Source: an uncultured Bacteroidia bacterium (lineage in GTDB: Bacteria; Bacteroidota; Bacteroidia; Bacteroidales; UBA932). Taken from it: a stretch of 64,000 nt of DNA. Shown in pieces: positions 45,685 through 56,600 of this stretch. Below the pieces are notes generated by a model that did no database searches, had not been told where the DNA came from, and saw nothing but the letters and a program-made list of their open reading frames with translations. The stretch covers positions 9,262 to 73,261 of the forward strand of contig CACZZZ010000010.1 of NCBI GenBank assembly GCA_902785825.1, written 5' to 3'. Every line of letters starts with the position of its first letter. Position 1 is the first letter of the stretch. Both the position numbers and the translations under genes were made by a program.

Positions 45685-47877
45685 TTATCCGTGGATCATC
45701 ACGATGAGTCCCGCCATCACGATTGAGACCATGCTCATCAGTTTGATCAGGATGTTGAGTGAAGGTCCGGAAGTGTCCTTGAAAGGATCACCGACAGTGT
45801 CACCGACGACAGTGGCGTGGTGGTTGACCGAGTTCTTGCCACCGAAATGGCCGTCCTCGACAAATTTCTTGGCGTTGTCCCAGGCTCCTCCCGAGTTGGC
45901 CAGGAATATAGCCAGGATAAAGCCAGCCCCGAGTCCACCGATCAAAAGTCCCATGACACCGGCCTCACCGAGAACGACTCCGACCACAATAGGGACTATA
46001 ATGGCTGTGAGAGCGGGAGTGATCATCTCATGCTGCGCGGCCTTGGTCGAGATTTCGACGCAACGCTTATAATCGGGGCGCTGTTTACCTTCAAGAATCC
46101 CCGCGATCTCCTTGAACTGGCGACGCACCTCGACAACCATCTTCTCAGCGGCTCGTCCGACAGCGTTCATGGTCATCCCGCAGAACAGGAAAGCCATCAT
46201 GGCACCGATGAAGACTCCTGAAAGCACACGGGGGTTCATCAGGTTCACCTGATAGTATTGCACAAGATCCGGAATCGTGGCTTGGGCTACCTGTACTACC
46301 CTGTCACCAATGGTCAGGGCGGTGGTACCGACATGCTGAAGACCGATCTTGATCTCTTCGATGTATGAAGCCAGCAGGGCGAGAGCCGTAAGGGCCGCCG
46401 ATCCGATGGCGAAGCCCTTTCCGGTGGCGGCGGTAGTGTTGCCAAGGGCGTCGAGGGTGTCAGTGCGATGACGCACTTCAGGATCGAGCTCGCTCATCTG
46501 GGCGTTACCTCCGGCATTGTCGGCGATAGGACCGTAAGCGTCTGTGGCCAAAGTGATTCCAAGTGTGGAAAGCATACCGACAGCGGCGATGCTGATCCCA
46601 TAAAGTCCGAAACTGATCTTGGAAGGATCGAATGTGAAGCCGGTGGCGAAAAGATAGGAAAGCAATATGGCCACCACTATGGTCACGACAGGAATGCAAG
46701 TGGAGATCATTCCGAGGCCTATACCTTGGATGATAACCGTGGCAGGTCCTGTCTGGGAACTCTCCGCCAACTTCTGGGTCGGCTTATAGGAATGGGATGT
46801 GTAATATTCAGTAGCTTTCCCGATGATGACTCCGGCCAACAGTCCAGAGATCACAGAAAGGCTGAGCTGCCACCAATTAGTAAAACCGAGGAGGTAAAAC
46901 ACCCCGAAAGTGACTACTGCGATGAGCGCCGCGGAAAGATTCGTACCGACACTCAAGGATTTCAGAAGTTGCTGAAGACCAGCGCCTTCTTTAGCGCGGA
47001 CAGCATATATTCCTATAATTGAGAGCACCACTCCGATCGCGGCGATCATCATCGGGGCCAGGATGGCCTTCATCTGGCTCTCGACTCCTGAGCTGAAAAA
47101 CGCGGAGGCTCCAAGAGCCATGGTAGCCAGGATGGATCCGCAATATGACTCGTACAAGTCTGCGCCCATGCCGGCCACATCGCCCACGTTGTCACCGACA
47201 TTGTCCGCTATCGTGGCTGGATTGCGGGGATCGTCCTCAGGGATATCCTGCTCCACCTTACCGACAATGTCAGCTCCCACATCAGCCGCTTTTGTGTATA
47301 TTCCTCCGCCGACCCTGGCGAAAAGAGCCTGGGTGGAGGCGCCCATGCCGAAGGTCAGCATGGTGGTCGTGATCACGACAAGTTTCTGGGAAGCGTCCGG
47401 ATTGTCAATGAAGGCGTTCAGGAGCAACCACCAGATCGAGATGTCCAGAAGACCCAGGCCGACCACGGTAAGTCCCATCACAGCGCCGGAGCGGAACGCC
47501 AGTTTAAGGCCGGAGTTCAATGAGCGGCTCACAGCGTTGGCAGTCCTCGCGGAGGCGTAAGTCGCGGTCCGCATGCCAATGTAACCAGCCAGGGCGGAGA
47601 AGAAACCACCGGTGAGAAAGGCGAACGGAACCCAGCCATTCTGGACATGGAGGACATAGGCCATGAAAGAGAACAGCAGGGCGAGTATTATGAACACTAT
47701 AAGCACCACCTTATACTGCTGTTTGAGATACGCCATAGCACCTTCGCGCACATATTGGGCGATCTCTCTCATCGTGGGGGTCCCTTCACTCTCTTTTTTC
47801 ATCTGGTTATAGAAGAACCATGCGAAAAACAATGCCAGCAACGAGGCGGCGGGAACCAGATAAAACAGGCTGTCCAT
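45685..47877 (-). CDS. hppA: Membrane-bound proton/sodium-translocating pyrophosphatase
   Basis: 730 aa, about 16 TM segments. Signature motifs [58 protein letters not shown]. Confidence 0.9.
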   Translation of the reverse strand: MDSLFYLVPAASLLALFFAWFFYNQMKKESEGTPTMREIAQYVREGAMAYLKQQYKVVLIVFIILALLFSFMAYVLHVQNGWVPFAFLTGGFFSALAGYIGMRTATYASARTANAVSRSLNSGLKLAFRSGAVMGLTVVGLGLLDISIWWLLLNAFIDNPDASQKLVVITTTMLTFGMGASTQALFARVGGGIYTKAADVGADIVGKVEQDIPEDDPRNPATIADNVGDNVGDVAGMGADLYESYCGSILATMALGASAFFSSGVESQMKAILAPMMIAAIGVVLSIIGIYAVRAKEGAGLQQLLKSLSVGTNLSAALIAVVTFGVFYLLGFTNWWQLSLSVISGLLAGVIIGKATEYYTSHSYKPTQKLAESSQTGPATVIIQGIGLGMISTCIPVVTIVVAILLSYLFATGFTFDPSKISFGLYGISIAAVGMLSTLGITLATDAYGPIADNAGGNAQMSELDPEVRHRTDTLDALGNTTAATGKGFAIGSAALTALALLASYIEEIKIGLQHVGTTALTIGDRVVQVAQATIPDLVQYYQVNLMNPRVLSGVFIGAMMAFLFCGMTMNAVGRAAEKMVVEVRRQFKEIAGILEGKQRPDYKRCVEISTKAAQHEMITPALTAIIVPIVVGVVLGEAGVMGLLIGGLGAGFILAIFLANSGGAWDNAKKFVEDGHFGGKNSVNHHATVVGDTVGDPFKDTSGPSLNILIKLMSMVSIVMAGLIVMIHG

Positions 47878-47911
47878 AATCCCGAAATTAAAATTTTACC
47901 CTCAACTCAAT

Positions 47912-47944
47912 AATAAAAGTCCTCTGAACAAGAGGTCAGAGGAC
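47912..47944 (-). terminator. Rho-independent terminator between the GH63/37-like gene and hppA
   Basis: Perfect 9-bp stem GTCCTCTGA (47919-47927) / TCAGAGGAC (47936-47944). On the minus strand it is followed by TTTTATTATT. Confidence 0.7.
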
Positions 47945-47980
47945 AAATATAATAAAAAACTATTAAAATATTTTAAATAA

Positions 47981-49567
47981 TCAAATAACTGTTTTAACAG
48001 CGTAGGAATCAGCCTGGAAGGCTTTCTTGCCGTCAACGAACACGAAGTAACCTTTACCTTTGCCGTAATGGCTTCCGTCCTTGTCATAAATCACGGAGAT
48101 TTCTTTGCCGGCGACATAGACCTTCGAGAGGGAGAACCAATCCCACTCACCCTCAGGGAGAAGGGGCTCGATCACGATTGAGCCGTCCAGCTGGGGCTGG
48201 ATTCCCACAAGTCCGCTGATGATAAGGTCGCAGAAGGTGGAATGGTTGTAGTCCTTGCCTCTTTCCTTGTAGGTATTCTTCCCTTCGAGCAAAAGCTTCC
48301 TGGCGAGCCACTCACCTGTGAAAGGATCCTGGTTCTCGTCGATCCAGCAGACTTTAGTGCCATCCGGTTTGGTCATGCGATGGTTATTACTGTAGGTCTG
48401 GAGCGTCTCGAAATAATCCTTCTTTGTGACCGGGCCTTCTCCTTGACGGTGAAGGTGGCGCTCAAGGGCGGTCAGGGTCTGGGCCGTGGCGAAAGGCCAC
48501 CCCGGGCCGTTCCACTGGCACTCGTGCCCGCCGTAGAAGACCTTGAAGCCCTCGGCTCTCTGTTCCGCGGTAGTAGGGCCATAAGGGGCTTTAAAGCCCT
48601 CTGGATCCGTCAATTGCTTCCAGGCGTCAGCCCACTCAGGCTTGGGGATATCATAGAGCCAGGGAGTATATCCATGCTCTTCCCTGGCGGGAGAGAAGGA
48701 ACCGTCCCCGTGACGAGGGATGACTTTATAGAACCGGGCGGACTCGTCCCACAACTTGGTGTTTATCAACTCCTTGATCTGCTGAGCCTTCTTTGAGTAG
48801 ACCTCTGCCTCATCGTTTTTCCCGAGCATGGTGGCCATGGTTGAGAGCGCCACGGCGTCGGCGTACATGTAGCTGTTGATCGTGGCCCGGTAGCCCGTAG
48901 CGTCAGGAGACATGCCTCCTGAGATCGAGACCTCCATCCCGTCATGGCCGTCCCCTTGCCAGAAGAGACCGTCCGGTTCGTCCCGATGGTCGCCTTCCCA
49001 GGCGGAATATATCAGCTTGAGATCCTCATAGGAATCTTTGATCAGATTCATATTGGGATGGACCTTGTAGAACTGGAGGAACGCGTGAGCGGCGGGAAAA
49101 CTGTAACGGCGGGCGTCTTTCTTCTCCCTGCACCAATAGGCGGCGTAATCCGTCAGGTAGGCCGGATCCTTGATCCAGCGACCCTCGTTGAAGTGATGCG
49201 CGGCCGGGCAGCAGATGGCGTTGTACTTACCGGCCCATGGGACTTCGGGGAGGAACTCGGTGATGACATACCCCTCCGGAGTGGTCTTTATATGCTTTCT
49301 GAAAGTCCACCAGCGGAAATACCAGGTCTTCTCCAGCTCCTTGTCGGGGCAATCGAAAACAGGAATATTCGCTTTCATGAACTCCTCGGCTGAGGAGTTC
49401 GGAAACTTCTGGATATAGAGTTCCTCATCGGTGGAGTTGAACTCTGAGACATAGCTTGAGATCAATGAGTCGCCGCTCTCGTCCATTTTGACGACTATCC
49501 CTTTGCCACAGCCTGCCAACAGAAGGGCTCCCAAACATAAAACAAACGCTGACTTTCTCATATTCAA
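47981..49567 (-). CDS. (alpha/alpha)6-barrel glycoside hydrolase, GH63/GH37 (MGH1/trehalase)-like; lipoprotein
   Basis: 528 aa. Signal LLLAGC. WYFRWWTFRKH... and WNGPGWPFATAQTL resemble the six-hairpin glycosidase clan. Family assignment is tentative. Confidence 0.5.
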   Translation of the reverse strand: MNMRKSAFVLCLGALLLAGCGKGIVVKMDESGDSLISSYVSEFNSTDEELYIQKFPNSSAEEFMKANIPVFDCPDKELEKTWYFRWWTFRKHIKTTPEGYVITEFLPEVPWAGKYNAICCPAAHHFNEGRWIKDPAYLTDYAAYWCREKKDARRYSFPAAHAFLQFYKVHPNMNLIKDSYEDLKLIYSAWEGDHRDEPDGLFWQGDGHDGMEVSISGGMSPDATGYRATINSYMYADAVALSTMATMLGKNDEAEVYSKKAQQIKELINTKLWDESARFYKVIPRHGDGSFSPAREEHGYTPWLYDIPKPEWADAWKQLTDPEGFKAPYGPTTAEQRAEGFKVFYGGHECQWNGPGWPFATAQTLTALERHLHRQGEGPVTKKDYFETLQTYSNNHRMTKPDGTKVCWIDENQDPFTGEWLARKLLLEGKNTYKERGKDYNHSTFCDLIISGLVGIQPQLDGSIVIEPLLPEGEWDWFSLSKVYVAGKEISVIYDKDGSHYGKGKGYFVFVDGKKAFQADSYAVKTVI

Positions 49568-49576
49568 ATAGTTCTA

Positions 49577-51439
49577 TTATTCACCAACCATAGGGACCCA
49601 AACCTTCATCTTCCCGGCTTCACGATTGTCCCATGAGTAATAAGGAATGTAATTGAGAGTCTGATCGCCTACAGAGGCAGTGATCCCCACAATGCCGCCG
49701 AGCTTTCCGGCATCGAATGAGATGTCAAACTTGGCGTCTTCCGCGATTCTCAAATCATCGAAGCCTTCCTTATTGTCGGCCTCCTCGACACAATACACGA
49801 GCGGACCTCTCTGGACAGCCCTTTTGCCGACATCTTCCTTGACCCTCGGATCAGCGGCGACAACCTTGACCGGCATGTCCAGATCCAGGGTAATGATATC
49901 GCCATCCTTCCACTTGCGGCCGATCACGAGATAACCCTTCTCAACTTCAGGATTCAAAGACTCACCGTTAACAGCCACCTTGTAGCTCTCACACCACCCG
50001 GGAACGCGCATGCGGATCTGGGTATTGAGTGAGCCCTTGACTCCGACCTTGAGGGCGACAGCCCCCTTCCATGGATATTCAGTCTCCTGAGTGAGTGTGA
50101 CTTCCTTCTTTCCCACCTTGAGGTCCGCGGTGTTACCCATGTAGAGGTTCACCCAGATGGCATCTTCTGAGACTCCATAAATATAGTTCCCGATGGAGGG
50201 GAGGAAACGGCAGATCTGACTCGGGCAGCAGGCGGTGCCGTACCAAGGCTTGCGATGGTGGGTTCCCAAAGACTCCAACGGATTGACATAGAAGAACACG
50301 CTGCCGTCCAATGAGATACCAGCCAAAGCCCCATTGTACATCGAACGCTCCATAACGTCAGCGAACTTGCTGTCCCCGGTAAACTGATTCATCCTCCAGT
50401 TCCAATAGACCATACCCACTGAGGCGCAGGTCTCGCAATAGGCGCTCAGGTTCGGAAGATCATAGTCCTCGGTGAAACCCTCGTTGCTGCGGCTCTGGCC
50501 GATTCCACCGGTCAAATACATGTTCCTCAAAACGACATCGTCCCACAGGCGGTTCAAGGCATCGATATAGCCCTGGTCATGAGTGTAGGCGGCCACATCG
50601 GCCATACCGCAATAGAGATACATGGCACGTACGGCGTGGCCGGCGATCTCGCTCATCTCGCGGACAGGCTTGTCATCCTGGTGATACGCATCGTCCCACC
50701 TCTTGAGAGGAACTCCGTTACCACCAAGGCCCCGCCCCCTCTCGTTGAGGAGCCACTCGGAGAAATCGAGATACTTCTTCTCGCCTGTCGCCTGGTAAAG
50801 CTTTACAAGAGCGAGCTCTATCTCCTCATGGCCAGGCACCCAGTCACGTTTGCCGGGGCCAAAGACGGTCATCATGTGGTCAGCCATCTTGACGCAGACA
50901 TCCAGTAACTTGCGTTTACCCGTCACATTGAAATAGGCGACTCCAGCCTCGATCATGTGGCCGGCGCAATACATCTCGTGGGCATCCATCCTCGTCCAGC
51001 GATCATCATTCTCAGCAAGGGTGAACGCGGTGTTGAGATAGCCATTCTCCTCCTGGGCTGCGGCGAATTTGTCTATCCATTCGTCGCACTTAGCCTCCAG
51101 GACAGGATCAGGGTTGTTCTGGAGGGAATAGGCCATTCCCTCAAGTGCCTTGTACACATCAGAGTCGTCATATACCTTACCTTCATGCTGTCCGACAAGT
51201 TTTTGGGCTGCTTTCTCGAAATTACGAATACGGCCTGTCTGGTTCTCTATCTGGTCTATGCAAACCTTGAGAGTGACATCCTTGTGGCTCTTGAGCCTCG
51301 GGGTCCAAAAGCCATCATTGATCTTCACGTCAGAGAAATTGACAGGCGTGATCAACTTGGTGGTGGAGGTCTCCTCACGCTTCCCACAGGAAGGAAGGAT
51401 GAGAGCCATCAACACAATAGATAGGATATATTTTTTCAT
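49577..51439 (-). CDS. GH127 (DUF1680) beta-L-arabinofuranosidase-family enzyme, paralogue A; lipoprotein
   Basis: Start trimmed to MKKYILSIVLMALILPSC. Contains YCETCASVGM and GTACCPSQICR, the Glu/Cys zinc and nucleophile motifs of GH127. Confidence 0.8.
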   Translation of the reverse strand: MKKYILSIVLMALILPSCGKREETSTTKLITPVNFSDVKINDGFWTPRLKSHKDVTLKVCIDQIENQTGRIRNFEKAAQKLVGQHEGKVYDDSDVYKALEGMAYSLQNNPDPVLEAKCDEWIDKFAAAQEENGYLNTAFTLAENDDRWTRMDAHEMYCAGHMIEAGVAYFNVTGKRKLLDVCVKMADHMMTVFGPGKRDWVPGHEEIELALVKLYQATGEKKYLDFSEWLLNERGRGLGGNGVPLKRWDDAYHQDDKPVREMSEIAGHAVRAMYLYCGMADVAAYTHDQGYIDALNRLWDDVVLRNMYLTGGIGQSRSNEGFTEDYDLPNLSAYCETCASVGMVYWNWRMNQFTGDSKFADVMERSMYNGALAGISLDGSVFFYVNPLESLGTHHRKPWYGTACCPSQICRFLPSIGNYIYGVSEDAIWVNLYMGNTADLKVGKKEVTLTQETEYPWKGAVALKVGVKGSLNTQIRMRVPGWCESYKVAVNGESLNPEVEKGYLVIGRKWKDGDIITLDLDMPVKVVAADPRVKEDVGKRAVQRGPLVYCVEEADNKEGFDDLRIAEDAKFDISFDAGKLGGIVGITASVGDQTLNYIPYYSWDNREAGKMKVWVPMVGE

Positions 51440-51454
51440 ATTGTTGATTATCAA

Positions 51455-52627
51455 TTATTTAAGCCAATGCTTCTTAAGCCAGCCACGGACAGGCTCGTCG
51501 TAAAGCTTCAGAGCTCCGTAGGCCAGCAATATAGAGACCAGGTAAACAGCGATGAACATCCCGATGTGCATCCAGAGAGGGGCGTCCGGGTTGCGCCGCA
51601 CCCAGGGAAACTGCATCATCGCTATCGGGTAATGGACGATGTACAGGGGATATGAGATATCCCCGAGGAACTTGCAGAGTTTCTTTGTCTTACGGCCTTT
51701 GAGAGTACTTCCGGCCCCGACTATGACAATAAGGGGGAACAGAATCCAGACTACCCCGCACTGGTAGAGGCCGTCGGCAACTCCTACCTTCCCGCCAACG
51801 CAGGGCATCGCGAGGAGGGCGATAATGGCCAGGGAACACCACCAGAAACCGTTTTTAAGGTGAAGCGGACTACCGGACGGATTGCTTTCCGTGGCCCTTC
51901 CCGGAAGGATCCGGGCGATCAGCAGACCGCAAAGGTAAGGATATAGCAGGCGCACAAAGCCGGTGTACATGTGAGGGCCGTTGAGGATCCAACCTCCGAC
52001 AAGGTTGTACTTCTCATCCGGGAATATTCCGAAAACATCCCAGCCAAGCGCCAGATCCATCGTGAAGAACATGGAGCAGACGCAAAGGGCGGCGAGAATG
52101 GCTTTAGGCAGCCTGCGGAACAGGAAGGCGTAAAGGATATTGCCCCAGTACTCGAACATAAGCGACCAGCTGGGGCCGTTGAAGCTGGTGATCTCGCCCC
52201 ATCCCCGGACGTCGATCCCTTTTCCGGTCGGGATCATCAGCAAGTCGGTGACCACGCAAAGAAGGAAGAAGATCCAGCCGTTCTCCTGCCTAGCTAACGG
52301 GGATGAATAGCCCTGGAAAAAATAAAACGCCGCCCCGATTATAACCGAGAAGACGACCATCGGATGAAGCCTTGTCAAACGCCTCTTGAAGAACTCCCAG
52401 GTGCTCATCCTGCCCCAACGGTCGTCATACGCGTAACCCGTGACGAATCCGCTGAGAACGAAGAAGAAATCCACGGCCAGGTAACCGTGGTTGATCGCCT
52501 GGGTGGCGTAACTCGTCCTGTAGGTCTCCATCAAATGGTAACCAACCACCATCAAAGCCGCCACGCCACGAAGACCGTCAAGGATCTCGTAGCGTGGCTT
52601 TGCCTTGAAGATGGACTGTTCCGCCAT
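51455..52627 (-). CDS. Acyltransferase family 3 (membrane O-acyltransferase)
   Basis: 390 aa, about 10 TM segments. N-terminal RYEILDGLRGVAALMVVGYH is typical of Acyl_transf_3. Confidence 0.75.
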   Translation of the reverse strand: MAEQSIFKAKPRYEILDGLRGVAALMVVGYHLMETYRTSYATQAINHGYLAVDFFFVLSGFVTGYAYDDRWGRMSTWEFFKRRLTRLHPMVVFSVIIGAAFYFFQGYSSPLARQENGWIFFLLCVVTDLLMIPTGKGIDVRGWGEITSFNGPSWSLMFEYWGNILYAFLFRRLPKAILAALCVCSMFFTMDLALGWDVFGIFPDEKYNLVGGWILNGPHMYTGFVRLLYPYLCGLLIARILPGRATESNPSGSPLHLKNGFWWCSLAIIALLAMPCVGGKVGVADGLYQCGVVWILFPLIVIVGAGSTLKGRKTKKLCKFLGDISYPLYIVHYPIAMMQFPWVRRNPDAPLWMHIGMFIAVYLVSILLAYGALKLYDEPVRGWLKKHWLK

Positions 52628-52633
52628 AAGACG

Positions 52634-54655
52634 CTATCTTACAGGGAACTCAGTGATTCTCAACGTAGTGCAGCCGTAAGGAATAAGCTCGATCTCCTCT
52701 TCCTCACCAACTCCGATCTTCCCTTGCTGGATAAAAAACGGTATCTGGCCAGCGGAACCCCTATAGGCCTTCCAGTCAAGAAGTTCACGTCCGTGGCATT
52801 TAATCGCCAGAGGGGCATTCTCGACATTCCAAGGATAGAGACTTCTATCCGTGTCCTTACGTACAAGGGTAAAGCGGTCCTTGAAGTTATCTTTGGACAG
52901 ATCCATGCGGGAAAGGCAGTAGTTCCACTTGTCCGGAGTGGTAACCTCAAAGTACCAATCGCCATAACGCACTCTCTCCTCGGGCTTGAACTCCTTGCGG
53001 GTCCATTTTTCCTGGAGTTTGAGCGCATAGACGAGCGGTCCTCTCTCGATCACCGTGGCGCGGTCAAACCACTGGCCGGAGGTGATCTCCATCGGGAGCT
53101 CGACAGTCACGACATCGCCTTTGGTCCAATTTCTTCTGAGTGAGACGATTCCGCCGGCAGCGACGGCCTGGTCGACCTTCTGGCCGTTGACCTTCACCAC
53201 AGGCTCGTCACACCACCCAGGAATACGGAACTTGATCGGGAACCAGGCTCCTTTGACCTTCTTGTCCGGGAAACTTACAGTCAGCTTGACCGTCTCGTCG
53301 AAAGGATAGAAGGTCTCCTCCTTGACATTCACCTTAACTCCGTCCGCCACAACGGCTTCCACGGTAGAAGGAGCGAAAACGAGAGCCGCGAGACCACCGT
53401 CATCGGTGGCGTACCACAAGTTCTGCGTGAACTTAGGCCAACCCTGGTGCATGTTGGTCGTGCAGCAAGGATACCCGTTCAGGACTCCGAACACCTGGTC
53501 AGTGTCATCATGTGGAGTTGAGAAATTACGCATTGTGTTGCGGGAACACTCGATCTGGTTGGTCTGCTGGAAATACTGCCGCGCGGTGTAATCGTCGTTG
53601 GCCTGGGTCGGAAGGGCGTTGTAGGCTACCCTCTCGAGATAATCAGCCCAATGGGGATCGCCGGTGATCCGGAGCATCTCCTCCAGGGAGAACATCATTT
53701 CCACGGCGGTGCAAAGCTCGGAACCGCGGATAGGATCACCGTAATTGATCAGCTCGTCCCCGGCCCAAAGGCCGGTGGGGAGCCCGAGATAGTCGTGAAT
53801 GGTCTTCTCACCCCTGCGCATCGCCTCCAGGAGCTTGGGATCCTTGCTCTGCTGGTAGAAAACCACGGGCTCCTTGAAGCCTTGTCCCAGATTGACGCAG
53901 TGCATGCTGTTCTGGGTGCGGAGCATTGTCCCGTCATAGAATATCTCACTCCACTTGGTGCTCTGGTTGTGGATCAGCTCTCCAAGCTCGAGAAGGTACT
54001 TTTCACCGGTAAGGTTGTACAGCCAGAGGACAACCTCAAGGTTATCCCCGCCTCTCTGGGCACCCCAGAAAGTCCAGTTGTCGAGAGGATACTTCGGCAA
54101 CATCTTCAGCTGGTAACGGAAGTACTTGTCCAAGAAAGGGATAACCCTTTCGTCACGGGTGGCCATGTAGTATTGCTTGATAATCTTCAAAGCAACCATC
54201 TTCGGCCACCAGTCATGAGAGTTGTTCCTCTGGAGACCCGGCTCCGGATCCCGGTCGATGTCCGGCCCGAAATAGCCGTTCTCTTTCTGGGATCCGAGGA
54301 TGGCCTCGACCCAGACCTGGGCCTTGTCTTTCAGGGTCTGGTCATCAAGGATATATGCCAACGGCAAGAGTCCGTCAATCCAATAAGGCCCTCTCTCCCA
54401 GGCGTCCCCGTCTCCACCCAGCCAGGCGTTACGTTTGCCGACGACGTTGGGATAAACCTCATCCAGATGGCCGGTCAGACCGGACACCTGGGCCTGCAGC
54501 TGCATCTTGAGCCACCCCTCGGGCTTGATAGCTCCGAGGGGAAGCTCCAGATACCTGCTCTCCAGCAGCGGCGCGCGGTTGGAGATATAATCCTGTGCGG
54601 AAGAGGAGAATGTGGTCAACATCAGAACTCCCAATACGAGGATAATTCTTTTCAT
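52634..54655 (-). CDS. GH127/GH146-clan beta-L-arabinofuranosidase-like enzyme (divergent)
   Basis: 673 aa. Signal peptide. GSELCTAVEM and GYPCCTTNMHQGW are equivalent to the GH127 Glu-x-Cys and Cys-Cys motifs. Confidence 0.6.
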   Translation of the reverse strand: MKRIILVLGVLMLTTFSSSAQDYISNRAPLLESRYLELPLGAIKPEGWLKMQLQAQVSGLTGHLDEVYPNVVGKRNAWLGGDGDAWERGPYWIDGLLPLAYILDDQTLKDKAQVWVEAILGSQKENGYFGPDIDRDPEPGLQRNNSHDWWPKMVALKIIKQYYMATRDERVIPFLDKYFRYQLKMLPKYPLDNWTFWGAQRGGDNLEVVLWLYNLTGEKYLLELGELIHNQSTKWSEIFYDGTMLRTQNSMHCVNLGQGFKEPVVFYQQSKDPKLLEAMRRGEKTIHDYLGLPTGLWAGDELINYGDPIRGSELCTAVEMMFSLEEMLRITGDPHWADYLERVAYNALPTQANDDYTARQYFQQTNQIECSRNTMRNFSTPHDDTDQVFGVLNGYPCCTTNMHQGWPKFTQNLWYATDDGGLAALVFAPSTVEAVVADGVKVNVKEETFYPFDETVKLTVSFPDKKVKGAWFPIKFRIPGWCDEPVVKVNGQKVDQAVAAGGIVSLRRNWTKGDVVTVELPMEITSGQWFDRATVIERGPLVYALKLQEKWTRKEFKPEERVRYGDWYFEVTTPDKWNYCLSRMDLSKDNFKDRFTLVRKDTDRSLYPWNVENAPLAIKCHGRELLDWKAYRGSAGQIPFFIQQGKIGVGEEEEIELIPYGCTTLRITEFPVR

Positions 54656-54674
54656 GTTCTTGTCGGTCTATAGG

Positions 54675-56531
54675 TTAATCGGCAAGAGGGACCCAAACCT
54701 TCATCTTCCCGGCCTCACGGTTATCCCAGGAATAGTAAGGAATGTAATTGAGAGTCTGATCGCCGACATGGGCTGTGATCTCCATTATTCCACGGAGCTT
54801 GTCAGCCTTGAAAGTGGTGTCGAACTTGGCGTTCTCAGCGATCCTGAGAGCATCAAAATCGACACTATTGTCAGCCTCTTCGATACAGTACACGAGCGGG
54901 CCTCTCTGGACAGCCCTCATTCCTTCGTCTTCCTTGACCCTGGGGTCAGCGGCGACGACCTTGACAGGCATATCCATCTGGAGGTCGACAAAGTCCCCAT
55001 CCTTCCACTTGCGGTCTATGACGGCATAACCTTTCTCGATCACAGGTTCGATCACTTCGTCGTTCACAGAGATAGTGTAGTTCTCGCACCAACCTGGGAT
55101 GCGGAGACGGATCTGGGTTTTGACAGAGCCCTTAGTCCCAACCTCGAGTCTCATGTAGTCTTTCCAAGGATATTCCGTCTTCTGGGTGAGGGTGACAGTC
55201 TTTTTACCGACTTTGACCTCAGCGGTGTTACCCATGTAAAGGTTGACCCAGATGGCGTTGTCAGACACTCCATAGATGTAGTTTCCGATCGAAGGAAGGA
55301 AGCGGCAAATCTGGCTCGGGCAGCAGGCACAGCCGTACCAAGCCTGGCGATGGTGATTGCCGACAGACTCCAAAGGATTGACATAGAAGAACTTGTCTCC
55401 CTTGAGAGATATTCCCGCAAGAGCGCCGTTGTACATGGAGCGCTCCATGACATCAGCGTACTTGCTATCCCCGGTGAACTGGTTCATTCTCCAGTTCCAC
55501 AGGACCATACCCACGGAGGCGCAAGTCTCGCAATAGGCGGTGAGGTTCGGGAGGGAATAGTCATTGGTAAAACCTTCGTTGCTGGCACTCTGGCCAATGC
55601 CTCCGGTGATGTACATGTTCCTCAACACGACATCATCCCAAAGACGGTTCAACGCGTCGATATACCCTTGGTCACCGGTGTAGGCGGCGACATCGGCCAT
55701 TCCGCAATACAGATACATGGAGCGCACGGCATGGCCGGATATGTCTGACATCTCCCGCACGGGGACCTCGTCCTGATAATACTTGACCGGCCAAGGCCTG
55801 TCGATGAGCTTGCCGTAAGTGCCGTGGCCATGGCCTCTCTCGTCGAGAAGCCACTGGGCGAAGTCAAGGTACTTCTTCTCTCCGGTGACCTGGTAGAGTT
55901 TCACGAGTGCGAGCTCGATCTCCTCATGGCCGGGAACCCAATCGCGCTTACCTGGGCCGAAGACGGTCATCATGTGGTCCGCCATCCTGATGCAGACATC
56001 CAGCAGCTTGCGTTTGCCGGTCACATTGTAGTACGCCACTCCGGCCTCGATCATATGGCCGGCGCAGTACATCTCATGCTTGTCCATGTTGTCCCAACGC
56101 TTGTCCAGGCCAGTCAGAGTGTAGAACGTGTTGATATAACCATCCTCCTGCTGCGCCGCGGCGAACTTGTCAATCCACTCGTCGCACTTGGCCTCAAGCA
56201 CTGGATCGGGATTATTCTGGAGCGAATAAGCCATGCCCTCGAGCGCCTTGTACACATCGGAGTCATCGAAAAATATTCCGGAATGCTCACCCTCACCTTT
56301 CGCCGCATTCTCGAAATTGCGGATACGGCCGGTCTGGTTCTCAATCTGGTCAATGCACACATTGAGAGTCACATCCTTATGGCTCTGAAGCCTGGGGGTC
56401 CAGAATCCGTCATCGATCTTGACCTCTGAGAACTTAACCGGGGTGATCATCTTCATCACAGCCTCTTTCTTCTCCCCGCAAGAGGAAAGGATAAGGGCCG
56501 CGACGGAAAGAAAAATGATTGATCTTCTCAT
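54675..56531 (-). CDS. GH127 (DUF1680) beta-L-arabinofuranosidase-family enzyme, paralogue B; lipoprotein
   Basis: 618 aa. Signal ALILSSC. YCETCASVGM and GCACCPSQICR. Very similar to 49577-51439. Confidence 0.8.
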   Translation of the reverse strand: MRRSIIFLSVAALILSSCGEKKEAVMKMITPVKFSEVKIDDGFWTPRLQSHKDVTLNVCIDQIENQTGRIRNFENAAKGEGEHSGIFFDDSDVYKALEGMAYSLQNNPDPVLEAKCDEWIDKFAAAQQEDGYINTFYTLTGLDKRWDNMDKHEMYCAGHMIEAGVAYYNVTGKRKLLDVCIRMADHMMTVFGPGKRDWVPGHEEIELALVKLYQVTGEKKYLDFAQWLLDERGHGHGTYGKLIDRPWPVKYYQDEVPVREMSDISGHAVRSMYLYCGMADVAAYTGDQGYIDALNRLWDDVVLRNMYITGGIGQSASNEGFTNDYSLPNLTAYCETCASVGMVLWNWRMNQFTGDSKYADVMERSMYNGALAGISLKGDKFFYVNPLESVGNHHRQAWYGCACCPSQICRFLPSIGNYIYGVSDNAIWVNLYMGNTAEVKVGKKTVTLTQKTEYPWKDYMRLEVGTKGSVKTQIRLRIPGWCENYTISVNDEVIEPVIEKGYAVIDRKWKDGDFVDLQMDMPVKVVAADPRVKEDEGMRAVQRGPLVYCIEEADNSVDFDALRIAENAKFDTTFKADKLRGIMEITAHVGDQTLNYIPYYSWDNREAGKMKVWVPLAD

Positions 56532-56547
56532 ATTATGAATTGGTTAA

Positions 56548-56572
56548 AGGGCGCCGGACAATCCGGCACCCT
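56548..56572 (-). other. Intergenic hairpin between susD-like and GH127 genes (possible attenuator or processing site)
   Basis: AGGGCGCCGG-ACAAT-CCGGCACCCT, 9/10 pairs. Only a weak T-run (TTTAA) follows on the minus strand. Confidence 0.35.
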
Positions 56573-56600
56573 TAGGAAGCCTGTTCAAAGGCTGTTCATG

